Program-made: the position numbers and the translations under genes
DNA from: an uncultured Gemmatimonadales bacterium
GTDB lineage: Bacteria > Gemmatimonadota > Gemmatimonadetes > Gemmatimonadales > GWC2-71-9
Assembly (NCBI GenBank): GCA_963821525.1
Contig: CAWGED010000005.1
Span: forward strand, 736,001 to 800,000
DNA: 64,000 bases
Reading direction: 5' to 3'
Notes under the pieces: model-generated
Told to the model about the DNA's origin: nothing
The model's database searches: none
Seen by the model: only the letters and a program-made list of their open reading frames with translations
Shown: one piece after another, positions 9,885-19,840 of the stretch
Numbering within the stretch: the stretch's first letter is position 1
How the letters are laid out: the number at the start of each line of letters is the position of its first letter

Positions 9885-10577
9885 TTACTCCTTCTCCTTC
9901 TTTTCGCCCTTTGCGCCGGCCTCTTCGCCTTCCTCGTCCTCGGCCTTCGGCTTCCGGATCAGCTCGGGCTCGGCTGGGGCGTCGGCGGCGACCTCAGGCG
10001 TGGCCACGATCTCGGCGCGCGGCGCCACGACGGAGCAGATCGGCAGATCGGCCAGGCTCAGGATGTCGGCCTTGGGCACCGTGATATCGCGCACGAAGAT
10101 CGAGTGGCCGATGGCGACGTTGGTCACATCCACTTCGACGTGCTCGGGGATGTCGGCGGGGAAGACCCGGATCTCGATCTTGTGCATCACCTGGTCCATG
10201 ACGCCGCCGTGGTTCCGCACGCCATCGGCGGTGCCGACGAGGTGGATCGGGACTTCGACCGTGATCTTCTCGTCGGCCTTCACCTCGTAGAGGTCGAGGT
10301 GCAGGATGTCGGTGGCCCGGAGCGGATGGCGCTGGATCTCGCGGATCAGCGCCTTGACCGGCGCGCGGCCGTCAATCGTCACATCCAGGATCGTCGTGGC
10401 GACGCTGGTAGTGGACAGGAGGCGGCTCAACGCCGCGCTGTCGATCGTGAGCGTCTCCGCGGCGCGGTCGTGGCCGTAGATGACCGCCGGAACCCGGCCG
10501 CCCTTCCGATGGGTGCGAGCCGCGCCCTTGCCGGCATCCTTCCGCGTGTCCGCCTGTAGTGTCGCCTGCTGTGCCAT
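9885..10577 (-). CDS. rplY: 50S ribosomal protein L25/Ctc
   Basis: GKGAAR..VPAVIYG, EIQRHP, HLDL; long Ctc form. Confidence 0.97.
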   Translation of the reverse strand: MAQQATLQADTRKDAGKGAARTHRKGGRVPAVIYGHDRAAETLTIDSAALSRLLSTTSVATTILDVTIDGRAPVKALIREIQRHPLRATDILHLDLYEVKADEKITVEVPIHLVGTADGVRNHGGVMDQVMHKIEIRVFPADIPEHVEVDVTNVAIGHSIFVRDITVPKADILSLADLPICSVVAPRAEIVATPEVAADAPAEPELIRKPKAEDEEGEEAGAKGEKKEKE

Positions 10578-10598
10578 GGTCCGATCCTTCGTTACTGG

Positions 10599-11552
10599 TC
10601 AGTCGAAGAGCGAGCTCACCGACTGGTCGCTGTGAGTGTAGCCGATCGCCTTGGCCAGGAGCGGGGCGATCGAAAGAACCTTGAGCTTCGAAAACCGCCG
10701 CTCCGGCGGCAGGTTGATCGTGTTGGTAACGGCGATTTCCGTCACCGGGCTGTCCTTCAGCCGCTCTACCGCCGGTCCCGACAGCAGCGCGTGTGTCGCA
10801 CAGCAGTAGATGTCCTGAGCGCCCAACCGCTTGAGCGCATGGATCGCCTCGGACATCGTGCCACCGGTATCAATCATGTCGTCGGGGATCAGGCAGTCCT
10901 TCCCCTCGACATCTCCCACCACATTCACGACTTCCGCCACGTTGGCCGACGGGCGCCGCTTGTCGATGATCGCGAGTGACGCGTTGAGCCGCTTGGCGAA
11001 GCCGCGCGCCATCTTGGCTCCCCCCACGTCCGATGCGACCACCGCCAGGTCCCGCAGCGACTTCTGCCGGTAGTGGTTCACAAACACCGGTGCCGCGTAC
11101 AGGTGGTCCACCGGCAGGTCGAAGAACCCCTGCATCTGATGCTGGTGGAAATCCATCGCCAGCACCCGGTCCGCCCCTGCCACCGACACCATGTTCGCCA
11201 TCAGCTTGGCGCTGATCGCGACCCGCGGCTGGTCCTTCCGGTCCTGCCGGGCATACCCGAAGTAGGGTACGACCGCGGTAATCCGGGCGGCGCTGGCCCG
11301 TCGCGCCGCGTCCATGAGGAGCAGCAGCTCGAGCAGGTTCTCAGCCGGCGGGTTGGTCGGCTGAATGATGTAGACGTCTCGACCGCGGACGTTCTCATCG
11401 ATCTTGACGAACAACTCACCGTCAGCGAATCGCTTGATGGTGACCTGGCAGAGCGGCTGTCCCAGCTGTGCCGCAACCTCCTCCGCGAGGGGGCGGTTGG
11501 CCGACCCGCTGAGGAGGAGCATCTGGCTCCGCGACATCGAAAGATCGTTCAT
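10599..11552 (-). CDS. prs: Ribose-phosphate pyrophosphokinase
   Basis: FADGE, ENVRG, PYFGYARQDRK, DDMIDTGGT; start trimmed to ATG 11552. Confidence 0.98.
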   Translation of the reverse strand: MNDLSMSRSQMLLLSGSANRPLAEEVAAQLGQPLCQVTIKRFADGELFVKIDENVRGRDVYIIQPTNPPAENLLELLLLMDAARRASAARITAVVPYFGYARQDRKDQPRVAISAKLMANMVSVAGADRVLAMDFHQHQMQGFFDLPVDHLYAAPVFVNHYRQKSLRDLAVVASDVGGAKMARGFAKRLNASLAIIDKRRPSANVAEVVNVVGDVEGKDCLIPDDMIDTGGTMSEAIHALKRLGAQDIYCCATHALLSGPAVERLKDSPVTEIAVTNTINLPPERRFSKLKVLSIAPLLAKAIGYTHSDQSVSSLFD

Positions 11553-11566
11553 GGCGGCAGCCGCGC

Positions 11567-11596
11567 AAAATAGCCGCGGAGTGGGGGTTAGGTCAA
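11567..11596 (-). promoter_or_regulatory. Putative sigma70 promoter of prs
   Basis: TTGACC-N18-TATTTT, 14 nt before the ATG. Confidence 0.45.
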
Positions 11597-11599
11597 TCC

Positions 11600-11702
11600 G
11601 GGCGGTAGGGCGGGATGGCGGTATGGGGGAAGGCGGTCGGGGCGAACGAGGCGGACGGGACGAACGGCCAATTTCAAATTTCAAATTCTCAATTTGCAAT
11701 TA
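11600..11702. repeat. 8-mer (GGCGGTAG-like) and heptamer (AATTTCA-like) tandem repeats
   Basis: ggcggtag ggcgggat ggcggtat...; aatttca aatttca aattctc aatttgc. Confidence 0.7.
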
Positions 11703-11703
11703 T

Positions 11704-11732
11704 TTGACAGACTCCACTTTAGGTGGTAAAAG
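11704..11732 (+). promoter_or_regulatory. Putative sigma70 promoter of the DUF1097 gene
   Basis: TTGACA-N17-TAAAAG with a TGn extension. Confidence 0.5.
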
Positions 11733-11814
11733 GGCTCACCGGACGTGATGGACCCCTTCACCCTGGCCGGCCGGGAGCCCTTGCCTGGCGGCCTCACCCG
11801 GAAGGAGCATCGCC

Positions 11815-12324
11815 ATGTCACAGCTGGTTGCGTTGTCCTTGAGTATCGCCCTGCTGGGCGGAGTTGCCACGTTCCTGCTGCGGGCCATTGGGCTTGCGGT
11901 ATGGGCGGCGTTCATCGCCTGGGCGTGCTTCTTCCACTCAGGTGGTGACGGGAAGGCGCTCAAGACAACGATCATCGGCAACGCGTTCGGCTGCCTCATG
12001 GCCTATGTTGCCCTATGGCTTGTGGTCGCGTCTCCTCTGGGCGGGAGCGAGGCGGGGATCGCCGTGATTGTGGCCATCACCGTGTTCGTGCTGTGCCTGG
12101 CGGCTCACATCCCGGCGCTGTCCTCGATTCCGGCGAGCGTGTACGGCTATGCCTCGACCGTCGCCTTCTTCCTGCTCACGGCGCAGGCCAAGGCGATCGC
12201 CATGCTGACCGACATCGACTATCACACCAACCCGCTGCTGCTGATCGTGCTTTCGATGGTGGCAGGGGCGCTGTTCGGATTTGCCTCGGCTAAGCTCGCC
12301 GGGGCTCTCGCCAAGAAGGCCTGA
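11815..12324 (+). CDS. DUF1097 family membrane protein
   Basis: VWAAFIAWACFF, LSSIPASVYGYA; AAGGAG SD. Confidence 0.85.
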   Translation: MSQLVALSLSIALLGGVATFLLRAIGLAVWAAFIAWACFFHSGGDGKALKTTIIGNAFGCLMAYVALWLVVASPLGGSEAGIAVIVAITVFVLCLAAHIPALSSIPASVYGYASTVAFFLLTAQAKAIAMLTDIDYHTNPLLLIVLSMVAGALFGFASAKLAGALAKKA

Positions 12325-12333
12325 CCACAAACT

Positions 12334-12367
12334 GAGAGCGGGATGCCGATGTCGACATCCCGCTCTC
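12334..12367 (+). terminator. Stem-loop after the DUF1097 gene
   Basis: GAGAGCGGGATG-N10-CATCCCGCTCTC, perfect 12-bp stem; weak U-tract. Confidence 0.6.
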
Positions 12368-12380
12368 ATGATTTCCGTAA

Positions 12381-12486
12381 GGCCGCGGATAAACGCAGAT
12401 GAACGCAGAAGTTGGCCTGTCAGTTCTTGAACTTCCTGGGTGAACACCTCCACAATTTCTGCGTTTATCTGCGTTCTTCTGCGGCT
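12381..12486. repeat. Inverted repeat built of 10-mer AT(A/G)AACGCAG units
   Basis: ccgcggataaacgcagatgaacgcaga ... tctgcgtttatctgcgttcttctgcgg between convergent genes. Confidence 0.75.
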
Positions 12487-12514
12487 AACTCCGTCTCAGT
12501 CCGCCGAAGCCGCC

Positions 12515-13435
12515 TCAGGCCTTTCCCACCAGTTCCGCCCTCGTGGCGGCAAGCTCCTTGAGCTGCGCGGCATCGAGCTTGGGGTACTCCAGATCGAGCG
12601 TGGACAGCCCGTCAATCACGGCGGCGGCTACCATGACTCTAGTGAACCACTTGTTGTCCGCCGGAATGACGTACCAGGGCGATTCCTTCGTCGAGGTCTC
12701 CCGGATCAGGTCCTCGTAGGCCTTCATGTAATCGTTCCAGTAGCCCCGCTCCTTCACATCGCTGGGAGAGACTTTCCAGTTCTTCTCCGGGATGTCGAAG
12801 CGCTCGAGAAAACGTCGCTTCTGTTCCTTTTTCGACAGGTTGAGATAGAACTTCCGGACCAGGACCCCATTCCGGCTCAGGTAGCGCTCAATGCCCCGGA
12901 TGTCCTGAAAGCGTTCCTTCCAGATGTCCTTGGTGACCAGTTCGGGCGGGACCTTCGATTTCTTCAGCAGCTCGGAATGGACCCGCACCACCAGAGTCTC
13001 CTCGTAATAGCTCCGGTTGAAGATGCCGATCCGGCCCCGCTCGGGCAGGCACTTGAGGCAGCGCCACATGAAGTCGTGGTCCATGTCTTCGCTGGTCGGC
13101 GCCTTGAAGGAGAAGACCTGGCAACCCTGGGGGTTGATCCCGGACATCACGTGCTTGATGGCGCCGTCCTTCCCCGCCGCGTCCATGGCCTGAAAGATCA
13201 GCAGGACGGACCACCGGTCCTGGGCGTAGAGCATTCCTTGCAGTTCGGCGAGGGCAGCGACCCCAGCGGCCAAGGCTTCCTTGGCTCGCGGCCTGTCTTC
13301 CGAGCCCAGCCCGAGAGTTTCGCCCGGATCAAAGTCGTCGAGGCGGAATTTCTTCCCATCGGAGACACGGAATTTCCTGGCGAACTTCTGCGCCTCCCGA
13401 ATCACGTCCTTCATCTTCTCTGGTATCTTCGCCAC
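12515..13435 (-). CDS. ppk2: Polyphosphate kinase 2 family protein (class III-like)
   Basis: QAMDAAGKDG, FKAPT, IFNRSYYE, KNWK, PWYVIPADNKW. Confidence 0.95.
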   Translation of the reverse strand: MAKIPEKMKDVIREAQKFARKFRVSDGKKFRLDDFDPGETLGLGSEDRPRAKEALAAGVAALAELQGMLYAQDRWSVLLIFQAMDAAGKDGAIKHVMSGINPQGCQVFSFKAPTSEDMDHDFMWRCLKCLPERGRIGIFNRSYYEETLVVRVHSELLKKSKVPPELVTKDIWKERFQDIRGIERYLSRNGVLVRKFYLNLSKKEQKRRFLERFDIPEKNWKVSPSDVKERGYWNDYMKAYEDLIRETSTKESPWYVIPADNKWFTRVMVAAAVIDGLSTLDLEYPKLDAAQLKELAATRAELVGKA

Positions 13436-13482
13436 TGGATGCCTTTCCTTCGAGTCTCGCGGTAGCTCCGGGTCCGAAAGTC

Positions 13483-14949
13483 TTACTTCGACGAGGTCGA
13501 ATCGGTTGCTGCAGTTGAATCCGGGACCTGCCAGCCCCCGCCCAATGAGCGATAGAGGGAGATGTAGGTCCGGGCGTGATCGAGCCGGGCCCCCACAGCC
13601 TGGGTTTCGGCCGTGAACAGCCGGCGATCGACATCCAGCACTTCCAGATAGTTCGATCGCCCGGCGACATAGCGCGCCCGGGTAAGCTCCGAACCTTCGG
13701 TGAGCGCCTTCACCTGAAGGTCCCGCTGCTCGCTGATCTGCTCGAAGAAGCGGATCCCGGCCAGGGCATCGGAAACCTCGCCGAAGGCGGTCTGTACGGT
13801 GCCCAGGTAGAAGTTCGCCGACTGCACCCAGCGGGCCTTCGCTGCCTGCACGTTGCCCTTGATGCGTCCCCCGGTGAAAATCGGCTGCACGATACTTCCT
13901 CCCACCGACCAGACGGTCTGCGGTTCGGAGAGCAATTTGTCCAGTTGGGGGCTCACCCAGCCGAACAATCCAGTAAGGGAGATGCGGGGGAAGTAGTCCG
14001 CCTTCGCGACGCCAATCTCGGCGTTTGCCGATCGCAGCAACTCTTCCGCTTCCCGCACGTCCGGGCGCCGCTCCAGCAAGCTTGAGGGGATACCGGGCGG
14101 CACTTCAGGGGGCAGCGACTGTTCGGAAAGCGTGGTCCCCCGTGGAATCGGACTGGGACCACGCCCGAGGAGCAGGCTTACCACGGTTTCCTGGTTTGCA
14201 ATCAACCGCTCAGTATCCAGCTGGACCGCGACCGCATCGGCCAACTCGGCCTCGGCCTGCGACACCTCGACCCGGTTGGAAACCCCGCCGAGCTCGCGGC
14301 GCTTGAACAGATCGACCGTTTCTTGCCGGGAGGCGACGGTCTTGCGAGCGATTTCCAGCTGCTCATCCAGGCCTCGCAACGTGAAGTAGGCGTCGGCGAT
14401 GCCGGTGACCACGCTGATGATGGTTCCGCGCTGGGCGAACTCGGTGGCGAAGAACTGGGCCTCGGCGGATTCCTTCTGGCGCCGCACCCGGCCGAAGAGA
14501 TCGAGCTCCCAGGAAAGAATGCCATCGAGGAAGAACCGATTGCTTATCCGGGACTGATTGAGGGCATTGGCGTCGGGGCGAGTGATCTGAGATCGATCGG
14601 CGCCGCCCTCGGCGGCGACCTGGGGCCAGAGCGCCGACCCCGCCACCTTGGTGATCGCGCGCGCTTCCTCTACCCGGGCGATGGCGATGCCGAGGTTGTA
14701 GTTGTGCTGGATTCCTTCATGGATCAGGGCCTGCAGCGTGTCGTCTCCGAAGACATCCCACCAGGGCACGTCGGCGATGATGGCCGCGGCCGAGTCGAGC
14801 TTGGCGAGGGAGTCGGGCGAGTAGACCGTCGTGTCGGTGAACCGGTAGGTCTCCGGCACTGCGACTTCGGGGCGCTCGTAGCCAGGCCCCACTTTGCAGG
14901 AGAGCGCGGCCACAACCGCCAGGACGATTGCTACAGAGCGCCTGGTCAC
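13483..14949 (-). CDS. RND efflux outer-membrane lipoprotein (NodT/OprM family)
   Basis: Lipobox LSC, VGPGYERP, SWELDLFG, LLERRPD, LYRSLGGGW. Confidence 0.95.
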   Translation of the reverse strand: MTRRSVAIVLAVVAALSCKVGPGYERPEVAVPETYRFTDTTVYSPDSLAKLDSAAAIIADVPWWDVFGDDTLQALIHEGIQHNYNLGIAIARVEEARAITKVAGSALWPQVAAEGGADRSQITRPDANALNQSRISNRFFLDGILSWELDLFGRVRRQKESAEAQFFATEFAQRGTIISVVTGIADAYFTLRGLDEQLEIARKTVASRQETVDLFKRRELGGVSNRVEVSQAEAELADAVAVQLDTERLIANQETVVSLLLGRGPSPIPRGTTLSEQSLPPEVPPGIPSSLLERRPDVREAEELLRSANAEIGVAKADYFPRISLTGLFGWVSPQLDKLLSEPQTVWSVGGSIVQPIFTGGRIKGNVQAAKARWVQSANFYLGTVQTAFGEVSDALAGIRFFEQISEQRDLQVKALTEGSELTRARYVAGRSNYLEVLDVDRRLFTAETQAVGARLDHARTYISLYRSLGGGWQVPDSTAATDSTSSK

Positions 14950-17900
14950 TAGTGCCCGCCGCCGTGTCCGCCGTGTTCGCCAGCCGCACCGGACCCGGCC
15001 TCCGCTGCTGCTGCCGCGGCTCGAGCCTCGGCTTTCTTCTCTCCGCCGGTCAACCGCTCCACCATCACGAAGAGGGCGGGCACCAGCAGGACGCCGAGGA
15101 TCGTGGCGACGAGCATGCCGCTGAAGACGGTCGTCCCCATCACCTTGCGCGAGGCCGCACCGGCGCCCGCCGCCCGCATGAGCGGCACCACGCCCAGAAT
15201 GAACGCAAAGGCGGTCATCAGGATCGGGCGGAACCGGAGCTTGGCGGCATCGAGCGCCGAGTCAAATAGCGGCCGGCCTTTGTGCAGCTCGGCTCGGGCG
15301 AATTCCACGATGAGGATCGCATTCTTGGCCGCCAGACCGATGAGGGTGACCAGTCCGATCTGGGCGAAGACATTGTTTTCAAAGACCGGGCTGATCTGCC
15401 GCGCGATGAACAGAGCCGAGAAACGCGCCGAACGCGGCGAATGGTGTACCCAGCAGCACGCTGAACGGCAGGGACCAGCTCTCGTATTGCGCCGCGAGGA
15501 TGAGGAACACCAGCACGATGGCCAGGAGGAAAATGACGCCGGCCTTGCCCTCGGCCGCCTTCTCCTGATAGCTGAGCGCATTCCACGAGTACCCCATGTC
15601 GGCCGGCAGCACCTGCTTCGCGACTTCCTCGAGCGCCTTCAACGCCTGGCCCGAGCTGTATCCAGGGGCCGGGGTACCGGTCACCTCGGCAGCCCGGAAA
15701 AGATTGAACCGGTTGGTGAACTCGGGCCCGCTGGTCTGCCGCATGTCCACCAGGGTCGACAACGGCACCATGTCACCTGAGGGCGTCCGGACATAAAAGA
15801 ACCGGATGTCGTCCGGCTTGGTGCGGTAGGCTCCTTCGGCTTGCACGTACACCTTGTAGACCCGGCCGAAACGGTTGAAGTCGTTCACGTAGGTCCCGCC
15901 CAGAAAGCTGCCCAGAGTGTTGTTCACATCCTGGAGCTGGAGTCCCAGCTTGAGCACCCGGTCGCGATCCAGATCGGCGAAGAGCTGGGGCACGTTGGCC
16001 CCATATGGCGAGAAGGCGCGGGCGATCTCGGGTCGCTGGTTGGCGGCCTGAATGAACCGCTGGGTTTGCAGGGCGAGGTACTCGGGGGTATTGCCGCCCA
16101 GGTCCTGCAGCATCATCGAGAAGCCGGAGCCGTTACCGAGTCCCGGAATGGCGGGCGGGCCGAAGGCGATGGTGATCCCCTCTGGAATCTCGGTAGCGAA
16201 GGCCTGGTTGAGCCGTGCGATGATGCCGCTCGCCGTTTCTGCCTTGCCGTGCCGCTCGTGCCACGGTTTGAGCTGGACGAACACGAACGCCATGTTGCTG
16301 GAGTTGGCGTTGGTGAGGAGTGAAAAGCCGGAGATGGCCGAGTAGCTCTCGACTCCCGGCGTCTGGCCGAGAATCCCTTCGATCTTCTTGGCAACGTTGT
16401 CGGACCGCTCCAGCGAGGCCGCGTCGGGCAACTGGGCGTTGACCATCAGATAACCCTGGTCCTCCTCGGGAACGAAAGACGAAGGCACGCGAGAGGCGAT
16501 AAGTGCTGCAAGCGCGCTGACCACACCTACCAGGATGGCGCTCCGAACCACTTTACGGGCCAGGTACCCGGCCATCCCGACGTATCCCCCGGTGATGCGG
16601 TCGAAGACCCGGTTGAACGCCGCGAAGAACTTCCCCAGCGGTCCACCGACCTGTTGCTTCGGCTTCAGCAGCATGGCCGACAGCGCCGGGCTCAAGGTGA
16701 GCGCGTTGAAGGCCGAGAACAGCACCGAGATCGCGATGGTGATGGCGAACTGCTGGTAGAGCAAGCCGGTGATGCCCGGCACGAAGGCGACCGGCACGAA
16801 CACCGCGGTCAGGATCAGGGCGATGGCAATCACGGGCCCTGAGACCTCCTGCATGGCCTTGAGGGTCGCCTCCTTTGGCGCGAGCCCGTGCTCGATGTTG
16901 TGGATCACCGCTTCGACCACCACGATCGCGTCGTCCACCACGATACCGATGGCCAGCACCAGGCCGAGCATCGACAGGGTGTTGACCGAGAAGCCGAGCA
17001 GGGGGAAGACGGCGAACGTCGCGATCAGCGAAACCGGCACCGTAAGCAGCGGAATCAGCGTGGCCCGCCAGTTCTGCAGGAACAGGAACACCACCAGGAT
17101 GACCAGCACCACAGCCTCGAGCAGCGTGTGGGTGATCTCGGTAATGCCTTCGGTGATCGGCAGAGTGGTGTCGAGCGAGATGCGGTAGTCCACATCCTCG
17201 GGAAAACGTGCCTTGAGCGTCTCGAGGGTGGCGCTCACCTGTTCGGAGACGCTGAGTGCGTTGGAGCCGGGAATCTGGTAGAGCCCGATCAGCGCGGCCG
17301 GCTTGCCGTTGAGCCGTCCCAGGCTGCTGTAGATCTGGGCGCCGAGTTCCAGCCGGGCCACGTCACTCAGGCGTACCTGCGAGCCATCGGGGTTGGTACG
17401 GACGACGATCTCGCCGAACTGCTCGGGCGTGGCCAGTCGGTCGGCGGCGCGCACGGTGTAGGTGAATTGCTGGCCCGAAGGGGCCGGCGGGCCTCCTACC
17501 TGACCCGCGGGGGTCAGCACGTTCTGCTGCTTCACCGCGTTGACGATATCGCTGACCGTGATGCCGAGTGTCGCCAGGCGATCGGGACGGACCCAGATCC
17601 GCATGGCGTACTCGCCGCCCGACATGAGCCGCACCTGGCCGACGCCCGGGACCCGGGCCAGGGCGTCGATCACGTTGATGGCGGCGTAGTTGTTCAGGAA
17701 ATCGCCGTTATAGCCACCGTTGGGCGAAGTGAGCGAGATGAGCAGCAGGGGGAAGGTGAGCGACTTCCGGACCGTGACGCCGAACCGTTTCACATCCTCG
17801 GGCAGGAGCGGCTCGGCCTGGGAGAACCGGTTCTGTACCAGGACGTTGGCGATGTCGAGATCGGTGCCGACCTCGAAGGTCGCCCGGAGCTGCATGGTGC

Positions 17901-18156
17901 CGTCGTTGGCGTTGATGCTCCGGAGGTAGATCGACCGCTCCACCCCGTTGAGCTGCTGCTCGATCGGGGTGGCAGTCGTCTGCTCGACGTTGACCGCGCT
18001 GGCGCCGGTGTAGGTCGCCAGCAGCATGATTTCGGGTGGGGTGATTTCGGGATACTGGGCGATCGGCAGCTTCCTGAGCGCCACCACACCCACCAGGATC
18101 ATGATGATGGAAATCACCATCGCCACGATCGGGCGATTGACGAAGAACTTCGCCAC
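14949..18156 (-). CDS. RND efflux permease (AcrB/HAE1 family); one extra base near 15415
   Basis: FFVNRPI, LPIAQYPEI, GIVVDDAIVVVE; C-terminal half AKNAILIVEFA, RFRPILMT in the adjacent frame. Confidence 0.95.
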
Positions 18157-18159
18157 GGC

Positions 18160-19338
18160 TTACTGCTTCTCCGCCGGCTTGGGGGTGAGGCCTTCCGCCG
18201 CTTTCTCCTGGGCGCCGGAATCAGGGACAGCCTCTTTGATCTTCACGGTCATGCTGTCCCGGAGCCGCTGCAGTCCCTCCACCACGACCTTTTCACCAGG
18301 CTTCAGGCCCTGGTCGATCACCCACAGCGAGCCCACGCGCTCGGATGGCGTCACGGCCCTCATGTTTACCTTGGCGTCCGCGCCCACTACGGCCACCGAA
18401 TAGTTGCCCTGGAGTTCTCGCACGGCACGCTGGGGCACCAGCAGCGCGCCTTTCTTCACGTCGGTCCGGAGCTTGATCCGGGCAAACTGCCCGGGCCGGA
18501 TGATGCCGTTGCGGTTGGGGAAGCTGACTTCGATCTGGAGGGTGCCGGTCGCAGGATCCACCGCACGGTTGGCCACGCGAGGCTTTCCCTTCTCGGGATA
18601 CTCTGACCCATCGGCCAAGTACATCCGGATGTCCTGTTCCTGATTCTTGAGCCCCTTGCCGGTGGTCAGAGTTTGCCGGTACAGCCTCAAGTACTCCCGT
18701 TCTGGAATCGCGAAGCGAACCCAGATCGGGTCGGCCTCGGAAACCGTGGTGAGCAGGCTCCGCTGTCCGGGGCCGACCAGGTCTCCGATCTGGGCCTCGG
18801 TGAATCCCACGATGCCGTTAAGCGGCGAGGTGATGTGGGCGTACCCGAGGTCGAGAGAGGCGGTTTGTTCCGCGGCGCGGGCTGCCTCCAGGCTGGCTTC
18901 GGCGGTCTGTTTGTTGGCGAAGGCGTCGTCGTATTCCTGCCGGCTCACCGCGTCGGATTCCGCCAGTGGACGGAGGCGGGCTTCCTCCAGCTCGGCATTG
19001 TCGAACTGGGCCTTGGCGGCCGCGACCTGGGCCTTGGCCCGCGCCACCGTCGCCTCGAAAGGCTTGGGATCGATCTGATACAGCAGCTGGCCCCGCCGGA
19101 CTGTTCCGCCTTCCGTGAAGTTCATGGATTCGAGGAATCCGTTGACCCGCGCCCGGATCTCCACAGTCTGCGAGCCGCGCGTTTCTCCTACGGCCTCGAT
19201 ATAGATGGGCACATCCTGCTGGAGGACGTCGGCAAGCGTCACCTCGGGCAGTGGACCCGCGGTAGGCGCTTCTTTCTTGCAGGCCGAGAGGACGAGCGCC
19301 AAAAGAAGGATCGTCATCCTGGGCAGCGAGTGCTTCAC
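18160..19338 (-). CDS. RND periplasmic adaptor (MFP) lipoprotein
   Basis: GTG 19338 with GAGG SD, lipobox LSAC, VEIRARV, LLVPQRAV. Confidence 0.93.
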   Translation of the reverse strand: MKHSLPRMTILLLALVLSACKKEAPTAGPLPEVTLADVLQQDVPIYIEAVGETRGSQTVEIRARVNGFLESMNFTEGGTVRRGQLLYQIDPKPFEATVARAKAQVAAAKAQFDNAELEEARLRPLAESDAVSRQEYDDAFANKQTAEASLEAARAAEQTASLDLGYAHITSPLNGIVGFTEAQIGDLVGPGQRSLLTTVSEADPIWVRFAIPEREYLRLYRQTLTTGKGLKNQEQDIRMYLADGSEYPEKGKPRVANRAVDPATGTLQIEVSFPNRNGIIRPGQFARIKLRTDVKKGALLVPQRAVRELQGNYSVAVVGADAKVNMRAVTPSERVGSLWVIDQGLKPGEKVVVEGLQRLRDSMTVKIKEAVPDSGAQEKAAEGLTPKPAEKQ

Positions 19339-19472
19339 GGACGCCTCAACAGGTGGCGGTGCGGCTTCGGAAATACCGGAAAAGGAGAACATACCGTTCG
19401 CTGGACTTAGGGCCAGAGGGCCGGCGCCTGGTGCCGGATACCGCGACAGGCCCCGTTCCTTGTGTCGCAGCC

Positions 19473-19830
19473 TCATTGCGAGGTCTTCCGCTTCGGCTTG
19501 CACACTCCAGCCTTCAGTGAATCGGAGGCGGTATCCGGAATCGGAATGAATCCATTTCCGGTTCCTTCAAGCGGGATGTTGTCCAGCCGGGGAGCGGCAA
19601 CCTCGTTGTGATCCATGCTGTTCCTCCGGCGGACCGGCTGCCGCTCGGGCCCTCGCGTAGTGTCCGTGGCGCCTGTCGTGTCGCGTGGTGTCCGCGCACG
19701 TCGAGTCTCGGACCGATGGAGCGATCACGCTGTCCTGCTGCTGGCCCCGGACGCCGGCCGGTATTGCTCCGAGCACGACGCAGAGAAGCATTGCCGCGAG
19801 CGCACGGCGCAATCTGATTCCGTCAACCAT
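19473..19830 (-). CDS. Small secreted protein homologous to the N-terminal segment of the adjacent porin; one frameshift near 19685
   Basis: AAGGA SD, signal peptide ending VRG/QQQ; shifted frame reads RNSMDHNEVAAPRLDNIPLEGTGNGFIPIPDT..GVCKPKRKTSQ*. Confidence 0.7.
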
Positions 19831-19840
19831 TCAGTCCTTC

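Noticed and set aside
11733..11814. Riboswitch in the DUF1097 leader (CCGGACG start recalls guanidine-III; GTGATGG recalls fluoride)
   Set aside because: The remaining conserved elements of either class are absent by eye; an Rfam scan would be needed
15400..15440. Programmed frameshift in the RND gene or other split genes
   Set aside because: No slippery heptamer; a single extra base explains it, and such indels are common across the window
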